DNA from: Botryllus schlosseri
Lineage: Eukaryota
Assembly (NCBI GenBank): GCA_051294905.1
Contig: CM119382.1
Location: forward strand, 26,040,001 to 26,104,000
DNA: 64,000 nucleotides
Direction of reading: 5' to 3'
The notes below the pieces were generated by a model. The model ran no database searches and was not told where the DNA came from. It worked only from the letters and a program-made list of their open reading frames with translations. The translations under genes were made by a program, and so were the position numbers. Shown in pieces: positions 33,779-47,488 of the stretch (position 1 is the stretch's first letter; each line of letters opens with the position of its first letter).

Positions 33779-34445
33779 TGTCTTCAATCTTTTCTATTTT
33801 ATTCAGAACAATCGTCCATGCGTGAATTAAAGCTATACTCGGGATGAGCGTATATGCCGATTGGCAACATCTCGTTATTCCCCTCTTACTCTCAAGCGTT
33901 CTTAATAATGATCTGTGAACACACGGGCAATTGAGCTTGCAGAGGCCTGCCATATTCTCAGAACCCAAAATAGGGACGATTTTTCTCGGCGTCAAGCTCG
34001 CTCGTTACGAGCAAGAAAGTTACAATGACAGACGTAGAAACGGGAAGTTCAAACAGATTCTTCGGGTCGCGAGAGAGTCGACCTTGATTTTAATCAACAC
34101 ATCGTCAGTAGCTTGCTAGGTATTGACATTTTTCGTCTTCGATGTCTGATCGCATGAAAATCTCGTTGAAAGCATTTGGCATGCGTTGTATGAATTTCGT
34201 ATAAGTGCATCGTTTTCTACATCCCGCATGTAGCCTTTATGTCGGGAATTTTGCGTTAAGATTGGTGAACCAACACCGATATTGTGGCGCGTCCGTAGAA
34301 CATTGGTCGCTGTATGCCTTGCATGCCATACCACAATGCATTCGCCGTACGTACATAATGAAACGATCCGTTTGTGAACTAAACATAAAATACGTGTAAA
34401 CCTGTGCAATCTGTATCCATCGATGAAATGGCACGCGTACGGACG

Positions 34446-34518
34446 AGTTCCGTAGTGTAGTGGTTATCACGTCTGCTTAACACGCAGAAGGTCCTGGGTT
34501 CAAGCCCCGGCGGAGCTA
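34446..34518 (+). tRNA. tRNA-Val-AAC: tRNA-Val(AAC), A64G + A70G
   Basis: Same variant as 27758. Confidence 0.87.
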
Positions 34519-35275
34519 CTTTGACGCGTCTTCCTGTTCTATTTGGTAAAATCTCTGGATTATATATTAAAGCTTTAAAACCAGGGATGTTCGTATACAC
34601 CGTAGGAAAATTACTCCAGCATTCCTAAAACGATGGGAATATAATCCATTCCATTCGCATTTTAATTTAACGATTATTGATTAAATTAATTAGTTCGACA
34701 CGCACTGGAAGTCACGGCAATCATATGTGCTACAAAAGATCGAAATATCGTCCTCCGTCATCCACAATGGCTAGTGCACACTCTTGATAATTGACGTTCC
34801 AATCCGTATCGTTGGGGTCCAATCCTAATCTCATATCTGAAATCTTTACGTGTTCCAATTTTAATCCTATTCTCATTTTTGGGCTTCCTGGAAAAGTTAC
34901 AGGAGAACTGTATCGTGGGAAACGGGCCAGGCTTGCTGTACCGACATTTGTCGTCGTCGTGCTTGTTGGAATGAACTCTGACTCGATATGAAATGTACTT
35001 GCTTCAATTTCCAAGTTTCCCGAATTCAGTGATTTAATTCTTACCTAATCCGTAGAAAATTCCCATTCTAATGTAATTTGGAATATATGGAAGTTTGGTT
35101 CAACTCTGCTACTGCTATGCTGGAACGTGACGAAAAATTACGATAAAATAGTACTTCTAATGGCCGGTAGGCTACCTACAATTATTTCCAAGTGCATGTT
35201 TTATAAAAAATCTCCGATATTATCGGTGAAGCGATAAGCGGTCTCGGGTCTCAAAAGAAATTCCGGCGTCAAAGC

Positions 35276-35292
35276 TGCCGCGACCCGGGATT

Positions 35293-35331
<39 letters not shown>

Positions 35332-35348
35332 GACTGAGCTATCGCGGC
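35276..35348 (-). tRNA. tRNA-Phe-GAA: tRNA-Phe(GAA)
   Basis: Intact cloverleaf. Confidence 0.94.
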
Positions 35349-35356
35349 GATTCAGG

Positions 35357-35430
35357 TGGCCAGTACGGGGCTCGAACCCGCGACATTCGCGTTATTAGCA
35401 CGACGCTCTAACCAACTGAGCTAACCGGCC
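35357..35430 (-). tRNA. tRNA-Ile-AAT: tRNA-Ile(AAT)
   Basis: Intact cloverleaf. Confidence 0.94.
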
Positions 35431-36427
35431 CATATCTACTTCGACGGACCGTGGCGTCATAAACCAATAAATGACGTGGAAATTTCAAAAATGTTCCTTT
35501 TATTTGGTTTGAAGTGTTTGCAGTTTGTTGATGGAATGCCGGGAGATCGCTGTCACAGTACAATCTCGTTCGGACGTTCGGATCAACTTCGTTTACCATA
35601 CGCCAAACTCTATCATGTCCAGAGGTTCGCATTGGAAAACTATCCTTAGTAGGTTCTACCCACGGGGTTCTTGAAGTATGGGTTGCGACTACGGCTGAGC
35701 AACATCGAGTACCTGAGTGATTCGATTCCGAATCACGTGATATGCTTCGAGTCGAGTATTCGAGTATCAATCATTATGACGTCACAACAAAATTTGATAT
35801 GTCAAAGTTCAAATGCCTGATATCCATCATATTAAAGATACCCTGGTATTTCTTCGACCGTACCAATTTCATTAAACTTTGTGACAATATTGTTGGTGGA
35901 TGATGATTTCGGAAATGCTTTTCAAGAAACGGTCGTAACTTTGCACTACATGTTTCGTACGTTGCGATACGCCCAATAAAGGTTTGAAATAAGAATCGAA
36001 ACCATGATTCTCGTTGATAAAATTAAATTCAGTAGCGAGGAGCGTATGATTTCTTTTCTTTTCGGACGTCACTGGGTTGGATGCAATAGCCAATAAGCGA
36101 GACATGCAGAAAAGTAGTTACAACAATATGGCACGATCATGAACAAACGTCGACTTTATGTTGCGCAAATTTGTTTGAATTCAAGATAAGATTTGTCCCA
36201 CGATGGATTCTCTGGAAAACACTGTCGGAGACTGCTCGGATGATTTACTCTAGTATGACCGTTAAGCGCACGAAAAACGTTGGTTCGTGTATGTCCCGGA
36301 AAGCCCACCGTATTTTCACAAGGGATGTGCTAAGCATACACATTCTGATAATCGGCTGGTAAACTCAGCAGAGCATTATAAACCTGTTTAACTTGAGCAC
36401 ATCGATGAATATGTGACGGTCGGTCCA

Positions 36428-36500
36428 AGTTCCGTAGTGTAGTGGTTATCACGTCTGCTTAACACGCAGAAGGTCCTGGGTTCAAGCCCCAGCGGAACTA
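36428..36500 (+). tRNA. tRNA-Val-AAC: tRNA-Val(AAC), chimeric, short unit
   Basis: CAC-type 5' flank; intact cloverleaf. Confidence 0.93.
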
Positions 36501-37258
36501 CTTTGACGCGTCTTCCTGTTCTATTTGGTAAAATCTCTGGATTATATATTAAAGCTTTAAAACCAGGGATGTTCGTATACACCGTAGGAAAATTACTCCA
36601 GCATTCCTAAAACGATGGGAATATAATCCATTCCATTCGCATTTTAATTTAACGATTATTGATTAAATTAATTAGTTCGACACGCACTGGAAGTCACGGC
36701 AATCATATGTGCTACAAAAGATCGAAATATCGTCCTCTGTCCTCCACAATGGCTAGTGCACACTCTTGATAATTGACGTTCCAATCCGTATCGTTGGGGT
36801 CCAATCCTAATCTCATATCTGAAATCTTTACGTGTTCCAATTTTAATCCTATTCTCATTTTTGGGCTTCCTGGAAAAGTTACAGGAGAACTGTATCGTGG
36901 GAAACGGGCCAGGCTTGCTGTACCGACATTTGTCGTCGTCGTGCTTGTTGGAATGAACTCTGACTCGATATGAAATGTACTTGCTTCAATTTCCAAGTTT
37001 CCCGAATTCAGTGATTTAATTCTTACCTAATCCGTAGAAAATTCCCATTCTAATGTAATTTGGAATATATGGAAGTTTGGTTCAACTCTGCTACTGCTAT
37101 GCTGGAACGTGACGAAATATTCCGATAAAATAGTACTTCTAATGGCCGGTAGGCTACCTACAATTATTTCCAAGTGCATGTTTTATAAAAAAAACTCCGA
37201 TATTATCGGTGAAGCGATAAGCGGTCTCGGGTCTCAAAAGAAATTCCGGCGTCAAAGC

Positions 37259-37282
37259 TGCCGCGACCCGGGATTGAACCAC

Positions 37283-37314
<32 letters not shown>

Positions 37315-37331
37315 GACTGAGCTATCGCGGC
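37259..37331 (-). tRNA. tRNA-Phe-GAA: tRNA-Phe(GAA), C50G
   Basis: T-stem mismatch. Confidence 0.8.
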
Positions 37332-37339
37332 GATTGAGG

Positions 37340-37413
37340 TGGCCAGTACGGGGCTCGAACCCGCGACATTCGCGTTATTAGCACGACGCTCTAACCAACT
37401 GAGCTAACCGGCC
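37340..37413 (-). tRNA. tRNA-Ile-AAT: tRNA-Ile(AAT)
   Basis: Intact cloverleaf. Confidence 0.94.
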
Positions 37414-38410
37414 CATATCTACTTCGACGGACCGTGGCGTCATAAACCAATAAATGACGTGGAAATTTCAAAAATGTTCCTTTTATTTGGTTTGAAGTGT
37501 TTGCAGTTTGTTGATGGAATGCCGGGAGATCGCTGTCACAGTACAATCTCGTTCGGACGTTCGGATCAACTTCGTTTACCATACGCCAAACTCTATCATG
37601 TCCAGAGGTTCGCATTGGAAAACTATCCTTAGTAGGTTCTACCCACGGGGTTCTTGAAGTATGGGTTGCGACTAGGGCTGAGCAACATCGAGTACCTGAG
37701 TGATTCGATTCCGAATCACGTGATATGCTTCGAGTCGAGTATTCGAGTATCAATCATTATGACGTCACAACAAAATTTGATATGTCAAAGTTCAAATGCC
37801 TGATATCGATCATATTAAAGATACCCTTGTACTTCTTCGGCCGTACCAATTTCATTAAACTTTGTGACAATATTGTTGGTGGATGATGATTTCGGAAATG
37901 CTTTTCAAGAAACGGTCGTAACTTTGCACTATATGTTTCGTACGCTGCGATACGCCCAATAAAGGTTTGAAATAAGAATCGAAACCATAATTCTCGTTGA
38001 TAAAATTAAATTCAGTAGCGAGGAGCGTAGGATTTCTTTTCTTTTCGGACGTCACTGGGTTGGATGCAATAGCCAATAAGCGAGACTGGCAGAAAAGTAG
38101 TTACAACAATATGGCACGATCATGAACAAACGTCGACTTTATGTTGCGCAAATTTGTTTGAATTCAAGATAAGATTTGTCCCACGATGGATTCTCTGGAA
38201 AACACTGTCGGAGACTGCTCGGATGATTTACTCTAGTATGACCGTTAAGCGCACGAAAAACGTTGGTTCGTGTATGTCCCGGACAGCCCACCGTATTTTC
38301 ACAAGGGATGTGCTAAGCATACACATTCTGATAATCGGCTGGTAAACTCAGCAGAGCATTATAAACCTGTTTAACTTGAGCACATCGATGAATATGTGAC
38401 GGTCGGTCCA

Positions 38411-38483
38411 AGTTCCGTAGTGTAGTGGTTATCACGTCTGCTTAACACGCAGAAGGTCCTGGGTTCAAGCCCCAGCGGAACTA
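38411..38483 (+). tRNA. tRNA-Val-AAC: tRNA-Val(AAC), chimeric, short unit
   Basis: CAC-type 5' flank; intact cloverleaf. Confidence 0.93.
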
Positions 38484-39241
38484 CTTTGACGCGTCTTCCT
38501 GTTCTATTTGGTAAAATCTCTGGATTATATATTAAAGCTTTAAAACCAGGGATGTTCGTATACACCGTAGGAATATTACTCCAGCATTCCTAAAACGATG
38601 GGAATATAATCCATTCCATTCGCATTTTAATTTAACGATTATTGATTAAATTAATTAGTTCGACACGCACTGGAAGTCACGGCAATCATATGTGCTACAA
38701 AAGATCGAAATATCGTCCTCCGTCCTCCACAATGGCTAGTGCACACTCTTGCTAATTGACGTTCCAATCCGTATCGTTGGGGTCCAATCCTAATCTCATA
38801 TCTGAAATCTTTACGTGTTCCAATTTTAATCCTATTCTCATTTTTGGGCTTCCTGGAAAAGTTACAGGAGAACTGTATCGTGGGAAACGGGCCAGGCTTG
38901 CTGTACCGACATTTGTCGTCGTCGTGCTTGTTGGAATGAACTCTGACTCGATATGAAATGTACTTGCTTCAATTTCCAAGTTTCCCGAATTCAGTGATTT
39001 AATTCTTACCTAATCCGTAGAAAATTCCCATTCTAATGTAATTTGGAATATATGGAAGTTTGGTTCAACTCTGCTACTGCTATGCTGGAACGTGACGAAA
39101 AATTCCGATAAAATAGTACTTCTAATGGCCGGTAGGCTACCTACAATTATTTCCAAGTGCATGTTTTATAAAAAAAACTCCGATATTATCGGTGAAGCGA
39201 TAAGCGGTCTCGGGTCTCAAAAGAAATTCCGGCGTCAAAGC

Positions 39242-39258
39242 TGCCGCGACCCGGGATT

Positions 39259-39297
<39 letters not shown>

Positions 39298-39314
39298 GAC
39301 TGAGCTATCGCGGC
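39242..39314 (-). tRNA. tRNA-Phe-GAA: tRNA-Phe(GAA)
   Basis: Intact cloverleaf. Confidence 0.94.
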
Positions 39315-39322
39315 GATTCAGG

Positions 39323-39396
39323 TGGCCAGTACGGGGCTCGAACCCGCGACATTCGCGTTATTAGCACGACGCTCTAACCAACTGAGCTAACCGGCC
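39323..39396 (-). tRNA. tRNA-Ile-AAT: tRNA-Ile(AAT)
   Basis: Intact cloverleaf. Confidence 0.94.
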
Positions 39397-40393
39397 CATA
39401 TCTACTTCGACGGACCGTGGCGTCATAAACCAATAAATGACGTGGAAATTTCAAAAATGTTCCTTTTATTTGGTTTGAAGTGTTTGCAGTTTGTTGATGG
39501 AATGCCGGGAGATCGCTGTCACAGTACAATCTCGTTCGGACGTTCGGATCAACTTCGTTTACCATACGCCAAACTCTATCATGTCCAGAGGTTCGCATTG
39601 GAAAACTATCCTTAGTAGGTTCTACCCACGGGGTTCTTGAAGTATGGGTTGCGACTAGGGCTGAGCAACATCGAGTACCTGAGTGATTCGATTCCGAATC
39701 ACGTGATATCCTTCGAGTCGAGTATTCGAGTATCAATCATTATGACGTCACAACAAAATTTGATATGTCAAAGTTCAAATGCCTGATATCGATCATATTA
39801 AAGATACCCTTGTATTTCTTCGGCCGTACCAATTTCATTAAACTTTGTGACAATATTGTTGGTGGATGATGATTTCGGAAATGCTTTTCAAGAAACGGTC
39901 GTAACTTTGCACTATATGTTTCGTACGCTGCGATACGCCCAATAAAGGTTTGAAATAAGAATCGAAACCATAATTCTCGTTGATAAAATTAAATTCAGTA
40001 GCGAGGAGCGTAGGATTTCTTTTCTTTTCGGACGTCACTGGGTTGGATGCAATAGCCAATAAGCGAGACTTGCAGAAAAGTAGTTACAACAATATGGCAC
40101 GATCATGAACAAACGTCGACTTTATGTTGCGCAAATTTGTTTGAATTCAAGATAAGATTTGTCCCACGATGGATTCTCTGGAAAACACTGTCGGAGACTG
40201 CTCGGATGATTTACTCTAGTATGACCATTAAGCGCACGAAAAACGTTGGTTCGTGTATGTCCCGGACAGCCCACCGTATTTTCACAAGGGATGTGCTAAG
40301 CATACACATTCTGATAATCGGCTGGTAAATTCAGCAGAGCATTATAAACCTGTTTAACTTGAGCACATCGATGAATATGTGACGGTCGGTCCA

Positions 40394-40466
40394 AGTTCCG
40401 TAGTGTAGCGGTTATCACGTCTGCTTCACACGCAGAAGGTCCTGGGTTCAAGCCCCAGCGGAACTA
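40394..40466 (+). tRNA. tRNA-Val-CAC: tRNA-Val(CAC)
   Basis: Intact cloverleaf. Confidence 0.93.
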
Positions 40467-41133
40467 TGTCTTCAATCTTTTCTATTTTATTCAGAACAAT
40501 CGTCCATGCGTGAATTAAAGCTATACTCGGGATGAGCGTATATGCCGATTGGCAACATCTCGTTATTCCCCTCTTACTCTCAAGCGTTCTTAATAATGAT
40601 CTGTGAACACACGGGCAATTGAGCTTGCAGAGGCCTGCCATATTCTCAGAACCCAAAATAGGGACGATTTTTCTCGGCGTCAAGCTCGCTCGTTACGAGC
40701 AAGAAAGTTACAATGACAGACGTAGAAACGGGAAGTTCAAACAGATTCTTCGGGTCGCGAGAGAGTCGACCTTGATTTTAATCAACACATCGTCAGTAGC
40801 TTGCTAGGTATTGACATTTTTCGTCTTCGATGTCTGATCGCATAAAAATCTCGTTGAAAGCATTTGGCATGCGTTGTATGAATTTCGTATTAGTGCATCG
40901 TTTTCTACATCCCGCATGTAGCCTTTATGTCGGGAATTTTGCGTTAAGATTGGTAAACCAACACAGATATTGTGGCGCGTCCGTAGAACATTGGTCGCTG
41001 TATGCCTTGCATGCCATACCACAATGCATTCGCCATACATACATAATGAAACGATCCGTTTGTGAACTAAACATAAAATACGTGTAAACCTGTGCAATCT
41101 GTATCCATCGATGAAATGGCACGCGTACGGACG

Positions 41134-41206
41134 AGTTCCGTAGTGTAGTGGTTATCACGTCTGCTTAACACGCAGGAGGTCCTGGGTTCAAGCCCCAGCA
41201 GAACTA
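41134..41206 (+). tRNA. tRNA-Val-AAC: tRNA-Val(AAC), A43G + C6xA67
   Basis: Same variant as 18396. Confidence 0.85.
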
Positions 41207-41963
41207 CTTTGACGCGTCTTCCTGTTCTATTTGGTAAAATCTCTGGATTATATATTAAAGCTCTTAAACCAGGGATGTTCGTATACACCGTAGGAAAATT
41301 ACTCCAGCATTCCTAAAACGATGGGAATATAATCCATTCCATTCGCATTTTAATTTAACGATTATTGATTAAATTAATTAGTTCGACACGCACTGGAAGT
41401 CACGGCAATCATATGTGCTACAAAAGATCGAAATATCGTCCTCCGTCCTCCACAATGGCTAGTGCACACTCTTGATAATTGACGTTCCAATCCGTATCGT
41501 TGGGGTCCAATCCTAATCTCATATCTGAAATCTTTACGTGTTCCAATTTTAATCCTATTCTCATTTTTGGGCTTCCTGGAAAAGTTACAGGAGAACTGTA
41601 TCGTGGGAAACGGGCCAGGCTTGCTGTACCGACATTTGTCGTCGTCGTGCTTGTTGGAATGAACTCTGACTCGATATGAAATGTACTTGCTTCAATTTCC
41701 AAGTTTCCCGAATTCAGTGATTTAATTCTTACCTAATCCGTAGAAAATTCCCATTCTAATGTAATTTGGAATATATGGAAGTTTGGTTCAACTCTGCTAC
41801 TGCTATGCTGGAACGTGACGAAAAATTCCGATAAAATAGTACTTCTAATGGCCGGTAGGCTACCTACAATTATTTCCAAGTGCATGTTTTATGAAAAAAC
41901 TCCGATATTATCGGTGAAGCGATAAGCGGTCTCGGGTCTCAAAAGAAATTCCGGCGTCAAAGC

Positions 41964-41983
41964 TGCCGCGACCCGGGATTGAG

Positions 41984-42019
<36 letters not shown>

Positions 42020-42036
42020 GACTGAGCTATCGCGGC
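41964..42036 (-). tRNA. tRNA-Phe-GAA: tRNA-Phe(GAA), T54C
   Basis: B-box variant. Confidence 0.8.
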
Positions 42037-42044
42037 GATTCAGG

Positions 42045-42118
42045 GTGCCAGTACGGGGCTCGAACCCGCGACATTCGCGTTATTAGCACGACGCTCTAAC
42101 CAACTGAGCTAACCGGCC
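42045..42118 (-). tRNA. tRNA-Ile-AAT: tRNA-Ile(AAT) with damaged 3' end (C72A, A73C)
   Basis: Plus strand GTGCC instead of TGGCC. Confidence 0.7.
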
Positions 42119-43115
42119 CATATCTACTTCGACGGACCGTGGCGTCATAAACCAATAAATGACGTGGAAATTTCAAAAATGTTCCTTTTATTTGGTTCGA
42201 AGTGTTTGCAGTTTGTTGATGGAATGCCGGGAGATCGCTGTCACAGTACAATCTCGTTCGGACGTTCGGATCAACTTCGTTTACCATACGCCAAACTCTA
42301 TCATGTCCAGAGGTTCGCATTGGAAAACTATCCTTAGTAGGTTCTACCCACGGGGTTCTTGAAGTATGGGTTGCGACTAGGGCTGAGCAACATCGAGTAC
42401 CTGAGTGATTCGTTTCCGAATCACGTGATATGCTTCGAGTCGAGTATTCGAGTATCAATCATTATGACGTCACAACAAAATTTGATATGTCAAAGTTCAA
42501 ATGCCTGATATCCATCATATTAAAGATACCCTTGTATTTCTTCGGCCGTACCAATTTCATTAAACTTTGTGACAATATTGTTGGTGGATGATGATTTCGG
42601 AAATGCTTTTCAAGAAACGGTCGTAACTTTGCACTATATGTTTCGTACGCTGCGATACGCCCAATACAGGTTTGAAATAAGAATCGAAACCATAATTCTC
42701 GTTGATAAAATTAAATTCAGTAGCGAGGAGCGTATGATTTCTTTTCTTTTCGGACGTCACTGGGTTGGATGCAATAGCCAATAAGCGAGACTTGCAGAAA
42801 AGTAGTTACAACAATATGGCACGATCATGAACAAACGTCGACTTTATGTTGCGCAAATTTGTTTGAATTCAAGATAAGATTTGTCCCACAATGGATTCTC
42901 TGGAAAACACTGTCGGAGACTGCTCGGATGATTTACTCTAGTATGACCGTTAAGCGCACGAAAAACGTTGGTTCGTGTATGTCCCGGACAGCCCACCGTA
43001 TTTTCACAAGGGATGTGCTAAGCATACACATTCTGATAATCGGCTGGTAAACTCAGCAGAGCATTATAAACCTGTTTAACTTGAGCACATCGATGAATAT
43101 GTGACGGTCGGTCCA

Positions 43116-43188
43116 AGTTCCGTAGTGTAGCGGTTATCACGTCTGCTTCACACGCAGAAGGTCCTGGGTTCAAGCTCCAGCGGAACTA
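43116..43188 (+). tRNA. tRNA-Val-CAC: tRNA-Val(CAC), C61T
   Basis: B-box variant. Confidence 0.82.
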
Positions 43189-43855
43189 TGTCTTCTATCT
43201 TTTCTATTTTATTCAGAACAATCGTCCATGCGTGAATTAAAGCTATACTCGGGATGAGCGTATATGCCGATTGGCAACATCTCGTTATTCCCCTCTTACT
43301 CTCAGGCGTTCTTAATAATGATCTGTGAACACACGGGCAATTGAGCTTGCGGAGGCCTGCCATATTCTCAGAACCCAAAATAGGGACGATTTTTCTCGGC
43401 GTCAAGCTCGCTCGTTACGAGCAAGAAAGTTACAATGACAGACGTAGAAACGGGAAGTTCAAACAGATTCTTCGGGTCGCGAGAGAGTCGACCTTGATTT
43501 TAATCAACACATCGTCAGTAGCTTGCTAGGTATTGACATTTTTCGTCTTCGATGTCTGATCGCATAAAAATCTCGTTGAAAGCATTTGGCATGCGTTGTA
43601 TGAATTTCGTATTAGTGCATCGTTTTCTACATCCCGCATGTAGCCTTTATGTCGGGAATTTTGCGTTAAGATTGGTAAACCAACACAGATATTGTGGCGC
43701 GTCCGTAGAACATTGGTCGCTGTATGCCTTGCATGCCATACCACAATGCATTCGCCATACATACATAATGAAACGATCCGTTTGTGAACTAAACATAAAA
43801 TACGTGTAAACCTGTGCAATCTGTATCCATCGATGAAATGGCACGCGTACGGACG

Positions 43856-43928
43856 AGTTCCGTAGTGTAGTGGTTATCACGTCTGCTTAACACGCAGGAG
43901 GTCCTGGGTTCAAGCCCCAGCAGAACTA
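43856..43928 (+). tRNA. tRNA-Val-AAC: tRNA-Val(AAC), A43G + C6xA67
   Basis: Cloverleaf. Confidence 0.85.
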
Positions 43929-44685
43929 CTTTGACGCGTCTTCCTGTTCTATTTGGTAAAATCTCTGGATTATATATTAAAGCTCTTAAACCAGGGATGT
44001 TCGTATACACCGTAGGAAAATTACTCCAGCATTCCTAAAACGATGGGAATATAATCCATTCCATTCGCATTTTAATTTAACGATTATTGATTAAATTAAT
44101 TAGTTCGACACGCACTGGAAGTCACGGCAATCATATGTGCTACAAAAGATCGAAATATCGTCCTCCGTCCTCCACAATGGCTAGTGCACACTCTTGATAA
44201 TTGACGTTCCAATCCGTATCGTTGGGGTCCAATCCTAATCTCATATCTGAAATCTTTACGTGTTCCAATTTTAATCCTATTCTCATTTTTGGGCTTCCTG
44301 GAAAAGTTACAGGAGAACTGTATCGTGGGAAACGGGCCAGGCTTGCTGTACCGACATTTGTCGTCGTCGTGCTTGTTGGAATGAACTTTGACTCGATATG
44401 AAATGTACTTGCTTCAATTTCCAAGTTTCCCGAATTCAGTGATTTAATTCTTACCTAATCCGTAGAAAATTCCCATTCTAATGTAATTTGGAATATATGG
44501 AAGTTTGGTTCAACTCTGCTACTGCTATGCTGGAACGTGACGAAAAATTCCGATAAAATAGTACTTCTAATGGCCGGTAGGCTACCTACAATTATTTCCA
44601 AGTGCATGTTTTATAAAAAAACTCCGATATTATCGGTGAAGCGATAAGCGGTCTCGGGTCTCAAAAGAAATTCCGGCGTCAAAGC

Positions 44686-44705
44686 TGCCGCGACCCGGGA
44701 TTGAG

Positions 44706-44741
<36 letters not shown>

Positions 44742-44758
44742 GACTGAGCTATCGCGGC
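44686..44758 (-). tRNA. tRNA-Phe-GAA: tRNA-Phe(GAA), T54C
   Basis: B-box variant. Confidence 0.8.
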
Positions 44759-44766
44759 GATTCAGG

Positions 44767-44840
44767 TGGCCAGTACGGGGCTCGAACCCGCGACATTCGC
44801 GTTATTAGCACGACGCTCTAACCAACTGAGCTAACCGGCC
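44767..44840 (-). tRNA. tRNA-Ile-AAT: tRNA-Ile(AAT)
   Basis: Intact cloverleaf. Confidence 0.94.
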
Positions 44841-45837
44841 CATATCTACTTCGACGGACCGTGGCGTCATAAACCAATAAATGACGTGGAAATTTCAAAA
44901 ATGTTCCTTTTATTTGGTTTGAAGTGTTTGCAGTTTGTTGATGGAATGCCGGGAGATCGCTGTCACAGTACAATCTCGTTCGGACGTTCGGATCAACTTC
45001 GTTTACCATACGCCAAACTCTATCATGTCCAGAGGTTCGCATTGGAAAACTATCCTTAGTAGGTTCTACCCACGGGGTTCTTGAAGTATGGGTTGCGACT
45101 AGGGCTGAGCAACATCGAGTACCTGAGTGATTCGTTTCCGAATCACGTGATATGCTTCGAGTCGAGTATTCGAGTATCAATCATTATGACGTCACAACAA
45201 AATTTGATATGTCAAAGTTCAAATGCCTGATATCCATCATATTAAAGATACCCTTGTATTTCTTCGGCCGTACCAATTTCATTAAACTTTGTGACAATAT
45301 TGTTGGTGGATGATGATTTCGGAAATGCTTTTCAAGAAACGGTCGTAACTTTGCACTATATGTTTCGTACGCTGCGATACGCCCAATACAGGTTTGAAAT
45401 AAGAATCGAAACCATAATTCTCGTTGATAAAATTAAATTCAGTAGCGAGGAGCGTATGATTTCTTTTCTTTTCGGACGTCACTGGGTTGGATGCAATAGC
45501 CAATAAGCGAGACTTGCAGAAAAGTAGTTACAACAATATGGCACGATCATGAACAAACGTCGACTTTATGTTGCGCAAATTTGTTTGAATTCAAGATAAG
45601 ATTTGTCCCACAATGGATTCTCTGGAAAACACTGTCGGAGACTGCTCGGATGATTTACTCTAGTATGACCGTTAAGCGCACGAAAAACGTTGGTTCGTGT
45701 ATGTCCCGGACAGCCCACCGTATTTTCACAAGGGATGTGCTAAGCATACACATTCTGATAATCGGCTGGTAAACTCAGCAGAGCATTATAAACCTGTTTA
45801 ACTTGAGCACATCGATGAATATGTGACGGTCGGTCCA

Positions 45838-45910
45838 AGTTCCGTAGTGTAGCGGTTATCACGTCTGCTTCACACGCAGAAAGTCCTGGGTTCAAGCCCC
45901 AGCGGAACTA
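45838..45910 (+). tRNA. tRNA-Val-CAC: tRNA-Val(CAC), G45A
   Basis: Variable loop AAGTC. Confidence 0.88.
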
Positions 45911-46577
45911 TGACTTCTATCTTTTCTATTTTATTCAGAACAATCGTCCATGCGTGAATTAAAGCTATACTCGGAATGAGCGTATATGCCGATTGGCAAC
46001 ATCTCGTTATTCCCCTCTTACTCTCAAGCGTTCTTAATAATGATCTGTGAACACACGGGCAATCGAGCTTGCGGAGGCCTGCCATATTCTCAGAACCCAA
46101 AATAGGGACGATTTTTCTCGGCGTCAAGCTCGGTCGTTACGAGCAAGAAAGTTACAATAGCAGACGTAGAAACGGGAAGTTCAAACAGATTCTTCGGGTC
46201 GCGAGAGACTCGACCTTGATTTTAATCAACACATCGTCAGTAGCTTGCTAGGTATTGACATTTTTCGTCTTCGATGTCTGATCGCATAAAAATCTCGTTG
46301 AAAGCATTTCGCATGCGTTGTATGAATTTCGTATTAGTGCATCGTTTTCTACATCCCGCATGTAGCCTTTATGTCGGGAATTTTGCGTTAAGATTGGTAA
46401 ACCAACACCGATATTGTGGCGCGTCCGTAGAACATTGGTCGCTGTATGCCTTGCATGCCATACCACAATGCATTCGCCGTACATACATAATGAAACGATC
46501 CGTTTGTGAACTAAACATAAAATACGTGTAAACCTGTGCAATCTGTATCCATCGATGAAATGGCACGCGTACGGACG

Positions 46578-46650
46578 AGTTCCGTAGTGTAGTGGTTATC
46601 ACGTCTGCTTAACACGCAGAAGGTCCTGGGTTCAAGCCCCAGCGGAACTA
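46578..46650 (+). tRNA. tRNA-Val-AAC: tRNA-Val(AAC), fully paired
   Basis: Intact cloverleaf. Confidence 0.93.
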
Positions 46651-47407
46651 CTTTGACGCGTCTTCCTGTTCTATTTGGTAAAATCTCTGGATTATATATT
46701 AAAGCTTTAAAACCAGGGATGTTCATATACACCGTAGGAAAATTACTACAGCATTCCTAAAACGATGGGAATATAATCCATTCCATTCGCATTTTAATTT
46801 AACGATTATTGATTAAATTAATTAGTTCGACACGCACTGGAAGTCACGGCAATCATATGTGCTACAAAAGATCGAAATATCGTCCTCCGTCCTCCACAAT
46901 GGCTAGTGCACACTCTTGATAATTGACGTTCCAATCCGTATCGTTGGGGTCCAATCCTAATCTCATATCTGAAATCTTTACGTGTTCCAATTTTAATCCT
47001 ATTCTCATTTTTGGGCTTCCTGGAAAAGTTACAGAAGAACTGTATCGTGGGAAACGGGCCAGGCTTGCTGTACCGACATTTGTCGTCGTTGTGCTTGTTG
47101 GAATGAACTCTGACTCGATATGAAATGTACTTGCTTCAATTTCCAAGTTTCCCGAATTCAGTGATTTAATTCTTACCTAATCCGTAGAAAATTCCCATTC
47201 TAATGTAATTTGGAATATATGGAAGTTTGGTTCAACTCTGCTACTGCTATGCTGGAACGTGACGAAAAATTCCGATAAAATAGTACTTCTAATGGCCGGT
47301 AGGCTACCTACAATTATTTCCAAGTGCATGTTTTATAAAAAAACTCCGATATTATCGGTGAAGCGATAAGCGGTCTCGGGTCTCAAAAGAAATTCCGGCG
47401 TCAAAGC

Positions 47408-47480
47408 TGCCGCGACCCGGGATTGAGCCAGGAACCTTCAGATCTTCAGTCTGACGCTCTCCCGACTGAGCTATCGCGGC
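47408..47480 (-). tRNA. tRNA-Phe-GAA: tRNA-Phe(GAA), T54C + C48T
   Basis: Same variant as 19226. Confidence 0.78.
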
Positions 47481-47488
47481 GATTCAGG

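Larger units (their letters stand above)
27450..40830. repeat. Tandem duplication of a 6,688-bp three-unit block (1983+1983+2722)
   Basis: All ORF markers recur at +6688; the crossover maps to 34002-34154 from flanking SNPs. Confidence 0.9.
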
